Shown: piece after piece, positions 1 through 15,299 of the stretch
How the letters are laid out: each line of letters begins with the position of its first letter
Numbering within the stretch: the first letter of the stretch is position 1
From: the human T2T-CHM13v2.0 reference genome, Homo sapiens
Direction: 5' to 3' (one strand)
Assembly (NCBI RefSeq): GCF_009914755.1
Contig: NC_060936.1
Length of the DNA: 64,000 nucleotides
Notes under the pieces: model-generated
Told to the model about the DNA's origin: nothing
Database searches by the model: none
What the model saw: the letters and a program-made list of their open reading frames with translations, nothing else
Made by a program: the position numbers and the translations under genes

Positions 1-108
1 GAGGATCACCTGAGCCTGAGAAGTCGAAGCTGTAGTAAGCCATGATCATATCACTGCACTCCAGCCTGGGCCATAGAGTGAGATCTTGTCCAAAAAAAAA
101 AAAAAAAA
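1..108 (+). mobile_element. Alu 3' portion (AluJ-like) with poly(A), cut by window edge
   Basis: cactgcactccagcctggg...gagtgaga followed by an A-run. Confidence 0.9.
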
Positions 109-871
109 CCATGTTAAATTCATTAATTTCCTGCAAATGATTTCAGAGAACTTTACCTCCTCATCACTCAGCACCTCCTCCCCTATACAGTCACAGGAAC
201 GTTTATTTAGAAATTACAGCTATAGAAGGTCTTGCTACTTAAAAATAGTATTTTTGCTTTTCTTCAATAAAAATTGAGCCAGCTTTTTTTACTTTAGCAG
301 TGAGGAAACTTACAGCTACGTCTGAAACTCAAATTTTATAATTGATTTACTCATCTAATGTTATACTCCTAGTTTTATTTTCTCTGGTACTCTGTAAGTT
401 GTATTATTTATGTTTTATTCTTACGTACTCTATCTTGTTACACAGAGTCAGCTTATAAAAAATACCTACACAAAATAATGAGTTCCCTGGCACTTATAAA
501 TCTGAAATAGCTAAATTTAGAAACTAAGTAACTGCAGTTCATTAGCATTTCAAATGAGTAGAAATTGTTATTCAGGATTCATACAAAAGTATACTTCCAT
601 ACTTTATCCTTAACACATTTTTATACTCTCACAGTTCAATTTTTAAAATGCAAAACCCACTCAAGGACCAAATTAAAATACACACTTGACTTTGTATAAT
701 TAAACTGAAAGTTAAAAGCTTCCAGAATTTTAAGGTGCAGAAAAGATGCCAATGGGTTAAAGTTTAAAAGGAAAAAAAGCAAAAACCTTCTTTTTAAGAG
801 AAGAGAAAGGAAGAAAGGGAGCCAATGTATCAATGCTTAGAAGAAAAACAAAATTATCTTTTTAAGAAAAC

Positions 872-1692
872 TAAACAATCTGGAATCATCACCGAGAAAG
901 TTAAAGAAATTCGAGATCAAATACAACGTAGAGCAGAGGAGCTTCAAAACACCAGACCCTGGGGCCTCCTCAGCCAATGGATGCCCTGGAGTCTCCCCTT
1001 CTTAGGACCTCTAGCAGCTATAATATTGCTCCTCCTCTTTCGACCCTGTATCTTTAACCTCCTTGTTAAGTTTGTTTCTTCCAGAATCGAAGCTGTAAAG
1101 CTACAAATGGTTCTTCAAATGGAGCTCCAGATGCAGTCCATGACTAAGATCTACCACGGACCCCTGGACCAGCCTGCTAGCCCATACTCCGATGTTAATG
1201 ACATCGAAGGCACCTCTCCTGAGGAAATCTCAACTGCACAACCCCTATTATGCCCCAATTCAGCAGGAAGCAGTTAGAGCGGTCATCGGCCAACCTCTCT
1301 AACAGTACTTGGGTTTTCCTGCTGAGAGGGGGGACTGAGAGACAGGACTAGCTGGATTTCCTAGGCCAACTAAGAATCCCTAAGCCTAGCTGGGAAGGTG
1401 ACCGCATCCACCTTTAAACACGGGGCTTGCAACTTAGCTCGCACCCAAACAATCAGGTAGTAAAGAGAGCTCACTAAAATGCTAATTAGGCAAAAATAGT
1501 AGGCAAAGAAATAGCCAATCATCTATCGCCTGAGAGCACAGCAGGAGGGACAATGATCGGGATATAAACCCAGGCATTCGAGGCAGCAACGGCTACCCTT
1601 TTTGGGTCCCCTCCCTTTGTATGGGAGCTCTGTTTTCGCTCTATTAAATCTTGCAACTACAAAAAAAAGGGAAAAAAGGAAAAGGAAAAAAA
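872..1692 (+). pseudogene. HERV-W (HERV17) 5'-truncated processed retrocopy: env TM/cytoplasmic tail + PPT + LTR17 U3-R + poly(A)
   Basis: Translation QSGIITEKVKEIRDQIQRRAEELQNTRPWGLLSQWMPW..LGPLAAIILLLLF..PNSAGSS* matches the syncytin-1/HERV-W Env C-terminus (stop 1277). PPT gagagggggga; LTR starts TGAGAGACAGGACTAGCTGG at 1336; ATTAAA at 1643-1648; A-rich tail from 1661; no U5. Confidence 0.93.
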
Positions 1693-2502
1693 TTACTTGC
1701 CATCTGTAAGGTTATCATTTTTATTCTACAATTTTAGACCACGAATATCTCATAATTTTCATGGCTATCACATCTTAAATACTTATTTGGAGGACTCATC
1801 CACAAGGCCTTCTCTTTCCCCTATCCCCAGAGAGAAGTAGCATTCTGCCATGAACTGGTGGCACTGAAGCACATTACCTCCCATTAGATTATGAAATGGG
1901 CAGTGCAGGACAGCCTCCACACCAAGGTCTTCCTCAGGTGGTGGCCTAACATCACCTTCCCTTACTGGGACACCTTCGTAATGGCACCACCCAAGGGATG
2001 AGGCCAAGCTTCTACCTTCTCCAAACTGCACTTTCCGTAAATCAGTTCAAGTGCACCAACTAATCACAAGAAACTAAATTGAGATTACGTAAATCACAGG
2101 TACACAGTATCATGTTACTCAATTATCTTGGCATCAAGTTGAAACAATGACCTAACTCTGAGTTCTTTACTCCTGCAATCAAGTTTCTCTTCTACCCTTT
2201 GGTCAGGGCTGAGCACTATTTTATTCAAATACCAGTTTGTGAGTTTGTCTGTTTTCAAAAGAACTTTCTTCTGGAGGGTTCTAAGCCCAGCTTGAAATTT
2301 AGGCTAAAACTATTCTCAAAACCACCCCAAAAGCCAATTTAGCTGTCATATAGTGATCTTTGCTCATAAAAATTCCCAACTACCCTTCTTTCCCAGATTA
2401 GTTAAAAGTGTGTTTCTAATATCCACTGGCATAGAGTTCTCTTCTATTGTTTTAATTTTTTTCATAAGAGTAATATGTATTCAATGTAAAAAAAAAAAAA
2501 AA

Positions 2503-3148
<646 letters not shown>

Positions 3149-3874
3149 CCACAAAAGATACACAAAAACTGTTTATCCTGAAAATCCACCATCCAGAGAT
3201 ATTGGTATATATAAATTTACTATATTTTTTCCAAATATATGTTTAAGACAAAAATAGGCTCATATTGGACATACTGCTTTGCATCCTGCTTTTTTCCATT
3301 TCATAACATATCCAAAAAATTGTCTCAATCAATATTCTACAGTTATCTTTAAGTAAAAGGCAACAGCCTTCATTCTATTAATACATCCTAAATACTTTCA
3401 GACAATTCAGAATTCTGCTGTACTCCATTTTTTCATAGCCATAATTCACTTATATCTTATATGGGTTACACACTTGTGAATAAATAACTACAAATGAACC
3501 ATCAACCTCCAAGGTGAAGCAAGGTGATACACCAAGTCCATGGTGTATCTCCCCTTCAATCCATCACATATAATTCAAAATGAAAATAACGCCAAACAAA
3601 ACAAGTATAAGAGTCAAAAAAGGTATGATTTTCCCCCATGAATTCTACTTCATTGTTTTTAAAAAATGATAAAACATTAAAATTTTTTTATCTTTTTTGG
3701 CGACCCTTTCTAGTGCTCAAACAGGCTTCGACTGCATATTAAGCATTATTCCCAGGGATTGAGAAAGGAATAGATTTTTTATTCTAAGAAGTAGCATAGG
3801 AGTTTTAAATTCAAGTTATAAAATCCATACACAATCAAAATCCCATAACTGGGTTTACAAATTTCAATCAGGCA

Positions 3875-4190
3875 CTTTCTTTTTCTTTCTTTTTTTGTAG
3901 AGACATTGTCTCACTCTATTGCCCAGGAGGAACAGGATGGAGTGCAGGGTGTGATCCTGGCTCACTTTTTCCTTGAACTCCTGGGCTCAAGCAATCTTCC
4001 CACCTCAGCCTCCCTAGTAGCTGGAACTACAGGTGCATGCCACCATACCAAACTAATTTTTAAAAATTTTTTTGTGGAGACAGTCTCACTACATTGCTCA
4101 GACTGGTCTTGAACTCCTGGCCACAATCTATCTTCCCACCTTGGGCTCCCAAAGTGTTGAGTTTACGGGTATGGGCCACCACATCTGGCC
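3875..4190 (-). mobile_element. AluJ
   Basis: Poly-T head, then diverged reverse-complement Alu (ctcctgggctcaagcaatc). Confidence 0.9.
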
Positions 4191-4464
4191 CAGGCACATT
4201 TTAAAAGGAGAATACTAACTGCTTATTTAAAGTTGTATTATTCACATGGAATCTTTACGGCAAGTACTTTATGCTATGTTTGAAACTGTACAAATTTTAC
4301 TGAGATGTTTGCAATGCTTTCATTCAATGAAAGATGACTTGTATTGAGTGATTTTTACGGGGGAATTTCAAGTGACTTATTTGTCAAATCTTCACACTTC
4401 AATTAAGAGAGATAATCTGCTTCCAAAAATTAACTGTCAAGAAGTGTCGACACACTAATGATAA

Positions 4465-5225
<761 letters not shown>

Positions 5226-6552
5226 TAAATTGCCAGTATATTTTTTAAATTACATACATATTTTACATATATATATGTATGCACTGACCAGTATAAATAC
5301 ATACTAAACGGTACATATATATACCAAAAAGTACAAGTCTTCAGGGAACCACAATGTTTTAAAAGGAAAAAAAGACAATGAAAGTTGGATAAGGAACTAG
5401 CCCTAATACTGTTTTTTAATTTAAATATCATATCTCATATATATTTTAATTTACAAAGGACATCTAAATAACATTTTTATAATTTACAAATAAACCAGAT
5501 TATCTTAAATCATACAATAAGGGTTATCCTGGGCTAATGAACTAAGTCTACTCAACCAGAACTCATGAAAGCATTAGAATCCACCATGAGTTTGCCTGGG
5601 GTCATTTTGAAATTCCACTAATCTAGAAATGTGACAAAAGAGTTTGCTGACTTTTCTCGGAAATAATTAAAATTGTTATTATGGAAATTCTTTATTGTTT
5701 CTTATCTAAAAGACAGGCTAATGTAGTAGATATAATGTAGCAGCTGAGCTTTTGGGAGCTAGGGATCCCTAAAAATTTTGCTTTCTTTGTCATATTTATA
5801 ACAGTAGCCTTTCACTAAGTCCCAGTAGAATACACTGGATAATGACGAAAAAAATGTTTATTTCCCCAGGAAGTTGTCCTTTGGCCTAATTTGCTTCCTA
5901 CATCATTTATACTTACCAGGAATATGAATAGCTTATAAAAATGCCACTCTCAGACTTAAAAAGCACTGCTCCAAAGAACTAAACTCTAATCAGTAAGTCC
6001 TAAAAAATATATAAAAACTTAAACCTAAAGGAAAGGAGATCACCCATTCTATCTACATCAATACTATTTAAAGCAAAAAGAATTGCTTTCTCTTATATAT
6101 ACTGACCTCATTTTATCTTTTGTAAAAAAAACCTTGAAGATAAGTATGTTCATCCTTTACAGTTTAGAAAACTGCATCTCAGAGAGGTTAAATAATATGC
6201 CCAAAGTTACAACGTTAGTAAGATAAAGACACAGGACTTGAGTTCATGACTTTCTGACTAACCAGTTAATGATAAGGAAGCCCCTGTAGACATTTCTCTG
6301 TGTTATAATCCTCTGGCGCCAGTGTACACAGCCATGGGCACAAGGATGATAGAACCAAGGTGTATCATCAGTGTTCCCTCTCAGCTCCTTTCATGCCAAA
6401 CACTAGAACCCAGTAAACTGGATTCAAGTTATTTTTGAACACAGTTTATTGCTCAAGAATGGAAACAGCTCCTTCACAGGTTTCACCTCTGATCCATAGG
6501 TGAACTATCTCTGCACTATCTTCTGTTACTCAATCAATAAATGAACAAATAC

Positions 6553-6858
<306 letters not shown>

Positions 6859-7198
6859 ATAAATGAACAAATATTTTCTGAAGATCCAGAAAAGTAATCA
6901 TATCATAAATTGCCTTGTTTATAAGTACCAATATAAAAAACAGTGTGGAAGAAATAAGGGAACACTTATAACTTTAGTACCTGCTCCCAGAATGCTCTTA
7001 CTTTATAACACATTATTTCACTTATTTACATTAAGATCATCCTTTACACAAAGATTTACATACAGATTTACATAAAGATCATCCTTTAATTTTGTAGCTT
7101 TTGCTACCAAATTCTGCAAATTATCCACACAGTATTAGACAAAATGTAAGTGTTCACCAACTACAAGTTGAAAGGAGGAATGAACAAAATGATGGTGA

Positions 7199-7506
<308 letters not shown>

Positions 7507-7801
7507 TGAACCTTTAAGAACAGGTAAGATTTAGAGAAATTGAGGGGAGGTGGGGAGGGGAGAGAAGGAAAAGTGCCTTTCAACAAGGTGAATGGTAATC
7601 AGGCAGAAAACTGATGGGAAAATGGGAAGGTATGAGTAGACTATTCAATATGACCAAGCAGCAAAATGAGAAACTTGGGGAAGACATGGAATGCCTGACT
7701 ATGGGGCTTAGGACTTTGTTTTCTAAATGAGGACAGTTCTAAATGAGGAAGAATAAATAACTTCCATTTATTCATTTATTTTAATTTTGAGACAGGGTCT
7801 C

Positions 7802-8178
7802 TGATATGCTCTGGTTGTGTCCCCACCCAAATCTGATCTTGAATTGTAATCCCCATAATCTCCACGTGTCTAGGAAGAGACCTGGTAGGAGGTGGTTGGA
7901 TCATGGGGTTGGATTCCCCCACGCTGTTCTCATGATTTTGAGTGAATTCTCATGAGATCTGATGGTTTTATAAGGGACTGTTCTGCCTTCACTCCTCACA
8001 CTTCTCTCTCTCCTGTTGCCATGTGAAGAAGGTCTTTGCTTCCCCTTCGCCTTCCGCCATGACTGTAAGTTTCCTGAGGCCTCCCCATGTGGAACTGTGA
8101 GTCAATTAAACCTCTTTCCTTTATAAATCAGCCAGTCTTGGGTATTTCTTTATAGCACTGTGAGAACGGACTAACACA
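7802..8178 (+). mobile_element. THE1-type (THE1C/D-like) MaLR solo LTR inserted into a reverse Alu monomer (~7770-8280)
   Basis: TGATATG...GGACTAACACA termini; 5-bp TSD gtctc at 7797-7801 and 8179-8183; Alu sequence resumes on both sides. Confidence 0.9.
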
Positions 8179-9376
8179 GTCTCACTACTTTTCCCAGGCT
8201 GGTCACGAACTCCTGAACTCAAGCCACCCTACCACCTCAGTCTCCTGAGATAGCTGGGACTACAGGAACTGTGGCTGGCTAAGCCTTTATTTTTAATGCA
8301 GAGGAACCCTTTATTTAAATTAAACCCTATGTGAAATCCCAATATATAAAACAGTTTTGTAAAAGCAAAGCAGTACCCATTGAAGCACCCTGGTTTCCAC
8401 CCACTGGGTCCCCATATTACCCAACTTGAGAAGACCCTGAAACTCCTTCTCAGTTTAAAAACCACTGGATTAGAAAAAGATCTGCAAGGCTAATAACAAA
8501 GTGCTCAAAGCATTTACCTCTAAGGAACTGGGTATGCCTAGATTGAGGTGGCTGGGGGAGGGGTAAGCAGTAATAGAAAGCAAGATTGAAATATCATTTT
8601 CACTTTTTTTGATTCTACATATTTTTATATTATTTGAACTTTTGTTTGAGTACTTTTTACTTTTTAATTTAAAAAGTAATTAACAGGAAGAAACTATTGC
8701 TCTAAAAAAGTATTTTTAATGGTTAAACTTTTTCAAATGGATTCCCATATTTTAGTAAATAATTTCCCTATAGCAGGACATTATTTGGCTAAATTACATT
8801 GCAATGAAAATGAATATCTCTGTGCCTAATACTTTCCCATATTTAGAGTTATTTCCTTAGGATAAACTTATACAAGTTAACAGTTTCCATTTAGTTCTAC
8901 AATGTACTACTTAAATTAAGACTCTGTGGAATATAAAAAGATAAAATTCTCTGAGTGCTTTTTAAAAGCCATCTCATATTAGCAAAATTTGATTTTGGCA
9001 TTCCAGTTTAAGATACATAAACCCTAACTTAAAAACTAACGAGCAAAATTTTTCACAAATCAAAAATTTAGTAAGATAAATTTGAATCAGAACTGAAATC
9101 TCCTTACCTTTTATGAACTGTTCGTAACTTCTTTTACCACTGATCGGAACCAAACACTGAAAGAATTTTTCCTTTATGGTTGGGTTTCACAATTTAATTC
9201 TGTGAAGTCATAATACTGTGACAGTAGAATCATGCTCTGGCAACAAACTGACATCATTAAATTCTTATTTGTAAATTCTTTAGGGTATATGGATGTTCTA
9301 TTTTCATTTGTAAGAACAAAATCTATTTTCTGTTGATTCTTCATTAAGCTCATATGATTGATATATTTTCATCCAT

Positions 9377-9456
9377 TTAGGTTGGTGCAAAAGTAATTGC
9401 AGTTTTTGTCATTACTTTTAATTGCAAAAACTGCACTTACTTTTGCACCAACCTAA
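9377..9456. mobile_element. MADE1 (Hsmar1-derived MITE), 80 bp palindrome
   Basis: ttaggttggtgcaaaagtaattgc...gcacttacttttgcaccaacctaa. Confidence 0.93.
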
Positions 9457-10379
9457 TAATTTATTCCTTTTGTCCTTAGCCATTTTTCTAACACTGCCTT
9501 TGGGTGAGTGCTCAGAGAATGCCTCTAAGTTCAAACAAAACAGAAATGATTTCTGGATTGGCTGCTCCTGTGAGCAATCTGTGTCACTGTACTCCCTGGG
9601 AAAACATCAAAACCACAATGTTTATTGTTCTTTTTATTATCTCTACTACTGTTTCAATGTAAGAATGCCCTCTGTTAAATTATCTTTTTAATAAATGTAT
9701 GCAGTTCTATCATTAACATGATTTCAACTGAGAAAAAAAATTTGAATGAAAACTTTTTCTTTGTCCCAAAGCAGACATTACCAGAAACAGCAACGTCATG
9801 TCTACTACTGCATAATGTTCCTAATATTAAAGGTATTTAGACTCTATCAACGAAGATTTGCTTAGTCTCTATTGTGAGCCAGGCACTATACTAGTTGCCA
9901 GAGACTCAATGTTAAAGGACAGAAGTGAAATCTGTTCTCACAGACCTTTTGGTCTTGGTGCAAAGGTACTTAGGCGAACGAATCTTTATGAACTGGGAAA
10001 TTCCAATAACAAAAATAGTGGGAAGATTTTTTACAAGAAATAGATTGGAACCAGGTTTTGGAATACCTGTAATGCTGGGCCAATGAATTTGAAGTTTACA
10101 TCCGAGTTAAGAAAGACCAGGTACCCAAAGAGACCTTTTTCTAAAGATCTCTAATCAGGCCCCGATTAGAACTTTTCAATGATTTGTCATTTCCTCTAAG
10201 ATAAATCCAACTTCTTTAATAAGGTTAACTAAATCCTGCATAAACACCCCTACTTACCCCTACAATCCAGTAAGTATCTATGAGTGGCACACCCTCATTT
10301 TCTATTGTATTCCTTTTAAAAAACATGTGGATTACAACTCACTAATTTGCTTTCACAATCTACTAGTAGGTGCCTGCAG

Positions 10380-10750
10380 TTAAAGAAAAAAAATGTCACT
10401 TTAGTGTACCACATTCTCACACCTCTTGGCCTTTCCACATGTTCTTTTTGCTCAAAACACTTCTGCTCAACCTCACTCTTCCCTTTTACCTAGCTACTTC
10501 CTATTCAGCTTAAGATCTCAGCTCTTTAACATCCATGTCCCTGGCCCTCATAGATAAGTTCTCCTTCTTCTGTGGTTCCAAAGCACTCTACACTTAACCA
10601 ATGCTTATTACGCTTTATCGTAATGGTACTTGTACTAATTGTTTTTCTAGGTTGTAACTCTTAGAGCAAGGACCCATTCTTGTTCACCACTGAATCCCAA
10701 AGCCTAGCCCAGTGCCTGTCACGTATTAGACATTCCATAAATATTTAACC
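10380..10750 (+). mobile_element. L2 3' fragment
   Basis: ttgttcaccactgaatccc..agcctagcccagtgcctgtcacgta...ataaatattt L2 tail. Confidence 0.65.
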
Positions 10751-12489
10751 AGTACTGGTAAAACAAGGAAATAGACTTGAATAATCTATATATTTAACTA
10801 CACAATAAAATAATCACTCAAAAGTGTCTAAGAGATTTAGTTATTTCCAAGGAAAATATACAGTCAGTTCATTTTTATAAATGGTGAATTAGTTCCTAGG
10901 CTAGCCTACAAAACACTATTTATTTCCCATAACATACTTAACTATGAGAGGATGGCTGTTTACTTCTCTCTGCAATGACAACAGAACTTTCACTCCTCTA
11001 AGTAGGAGAAAACAAGATTAAAGGAACACTTTTCTTTCTCTCCACCCCCATCACTAATTCCTCCCACAGGAAAGTGACTTATCTAATTGCTAGGATAGGT
11101 ATAAAGGTCAACTGTTCAGACAGGCTCCACCCGTGAGCTCTCACTGGCTTTCTTGGACTTGCTGTGCCCTCAAGGAGAGAAAGTTTTCCTTTCCATTCTA
11201 ACTGCTATAAGATAAGCTCCTTAGGACAGGACTTTCCCTTCCATTTCCTGGTGCAACAGTTTCATCTGGGTAGGTAAATTAAGAAAGAACAGTAAGCATG
11301 GGTCTAAGCTCAGTTCTCCAATCCAGCTTTACCGGAAATGAAAATTACACTATTATTTTAATAGTATTTAAATTCTTATCTGGCTTGAGTCTGATCTCAA
11401 TTTGACTAGAATATGGAGAGAGAAGGGGTGTAACTAGCACACTTGAAAGCTTCAACATGAACAACAGTAATCCCAGTCTGATTTCTGGGTCCTAGGAGAA
11501 CAGTTAGCATGGAGCAGCAAGGTGGGGCAAAAGGAAAGAGGGATCAAATGAAGGAAAAGGTTTCCACTTTTCCTATTTAGACATTTTTCTTGGGCAAAAA
11601 TGTCTAAATAAGTCGAATCTGTCTTTATATCCTACAATCTTTCCTTCCAAATTGTTTCATTCTTGCTTTTCTTTTCTCATCTTTCAGATCCCTCATGCTA
11701 TCTAAAGCTTTCCATTTTTTAACATCCTCACTTTTAGAAGTAGGGCAAACTTTGCCCAATATTCCAAAATGTTCCATGATCTCATAATACTTACATCTAC
11801 TATCCCTCCTCAAGTCAAAACTCCCACTTCCTTAGTGTAGCTAACCAAGAAGAAAGCAATCTGATTAAATCCATTCACATTAAAATAGAATAACTGACAG
11901 TTCTAGTCATTTCCATCTAAATATTTCTGTATTTGTTATTTTTAAGCTAAATAAATCTAACTGCAGTACGTTCAGAGAGAAGAAAAAGTGTCCCTACCCT
12001 CATCTACCATAAAGGAGACAGGTCAGCTGTGACCATCACTTCTCAGGGATATCTCCATAGCGATTCCCAATTGTCACTGCCCTCTACTTTCAGTCCTTCC
12101 CAATAAGCGCCACTAAAAACCCCAGCGGGCAGAGAAAACATCTGTAGCTGCAGGATATTTGTATATCCATTGGGTAAGTTGGTAACAATCAATATTAGGT
12201 TGGATAGTTTATATTTTCAATACGTTTGATAATAATTTCATTAGTTAAAACAAAGTAAAAACACATTTTGGGTTATAAACCCGAAATTACCAGCCTCATT
12301 CTTCTAAATAAAGGCAGTGGCATAAAAGGGTTAATTCATATATCCATCATTTTGTAATGTATAGGTTGAAGCAGAGTTAGGCTATGCTTCACATGCTTTT
12401 TATCAGTTGCTTATCTATTATTTCCATTTGGAAACCTTTACTTGTATTTTCTATAAAGTTTTGGAAATTGGGAAGTGTACTTTCCAACA

Positions 12490-12626
12490 ATGAGAAAGAT
12501 TCTTTTCTTGACGAAATTTTACTCAGGCCCCTGAACCTTCTAGGCCCATTTGTGCACTTCCTTGTAAAATGCAGTTTTATCAAAGAACCTCGTCAAGTCA
12601 GTTTAGCAACAGCCCCTGACTCTTGG

Positions 12627-12657
<31 letters not shown>

Positions 12658-13303
12658 GAGTTAAGACGAAGTTTTGCTCTGTGCAGTGGCGTGATCTCGG
12701 TTCACTGCAACTTCCACCACCTCCTGGGTTCAAGCAATTCTCCTGCCTCAGCCTTCTGAGAAGCTGGGATTACAGGTGCCCGCCAGCACACCAGGCTAAT
12801 TTTTGTATTTTTAGGAGAGACAGGGTTTCACCATGTTGGCCAGTCTGGTCTCGAACTCCCAACCTCAGGTGATCTGCCCGCCTCAGCCTCCCAAAGTGCT
12901 GGGATTACAAGCATGAACCACTGCACCCAGCTGGCCCTCGCTTTCTGATTACCCTCGCTACCTGATTACCCTCACAACCTGATTAGGTTCCTCAGCTTCC
13001 ACTGTCCCCCAGGTGGTGTCTGATCACTCTGGCCTGTCTTCAGCAAGAATCCTGTTAGGTTGGTTTGGTCTGAATATCCACTACCCCCGGGGTTTCCTCT
13101 CAGTACTTTTCTGTCCACTGACCATGACACTGCTCCTTGGCTATAAATTCCCATTTGCCCACACCGTATTCAGAATTGAGCCTAGTCTTCCTCCCAAACT
13201 GCAAAATCCCATTCCATGGTCCCTTTACCTATCACAATGGTCCTGAATAGACTTTTTTTTACCACATTTTAACAAGTATCATCGAATAATCTTTTTCTTT
13301 AAC
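12490..13303 (+). mobile_element. ERV1-class solo LTR (MER34/MER39-like) interrupted by a reverse AluS (12635-12936)
   Basis: TATA-like ctataaa at ~13141; ends ...ctttttctttaaca; Alu clearly embedded; 5' boundary uncertain. Confidence 0.6.
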
Positions 13304-13933
13304 AACAATCATATTAGATCAGTGGAAAATTGAGTTTGAATTCCTGGGAGGTAACATCAGGTCTTTTTAGTGGTTTTTTTTTTTTGGCCATGAAAGACCT
13401 GATGCTGAATTTGTGTGCGCTCGGAAATTAACCATGAAATAAGCACAGCAGCATTCATTTAGCTGTAAGTGGCTCTTAACTTTAGTGCCATCAAAAATAT
13501 TTATTTACCACCCACACATGAACATAATTGTAATAAAAACTACACTGCACAAACTTAAGAAAACAAGATTCTCCACTTTACTGAGAAGTTAAACATAAAT
13601 TTTTGAGTGATTTGTGCTTGCCATTTATTGTTAGTTTGTTCAGCTGGCCACTAATATAAATTTTTTGTAATTAAAGTGATAACTGGGATTTTCAAATTGA
13701 GCATAGAATATATGAAAATACCAATTAAGGGTGGTCTCTCTTGACTCCAGTCAGGAATATGCCTTCTGTAGCTTTGCTCAAAATACCAGGGCAGTAAATG
13801 TAAAGGGGTCAGTAAGATGTCCAGAATGAACAGGTAGGGTATTCTTAAAGAATGAAGTGGCACTTATTCAACCTTTACCCAAGAATAAGCATTAAGTTTT
13901 TCGGTATCAGATTGGTTGGATTTTTTCAAGTCA

Positions 13934-15160
<1,227 letters not shown>

Positions 15161-15299
15161 AAGATGACATATATACGTAATATACACATCAATGTATATC
15201 GGTAACACATAGATATGTGTCATCTCTCTCTGTAAATGAGCATTTGGGCTTTTAAATTTGAGATATGCTCCGTGTATATAAAGAGAAGAATGAAAGAAA

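Noticed and set aside
825-1277. Functional syncytin (ERVW-1) gene
   Set aside because: Only the last ~130 codons of env are present, with no SU, fusion peptide or ISD, and the LQMV segment absent from syncytin-1 is retained
5911-5920. Strong minus-strand donor-like site CTG|GTAAGT
   Set aside because: No convincing partner acceptor or ORF; such motifs occur by chance
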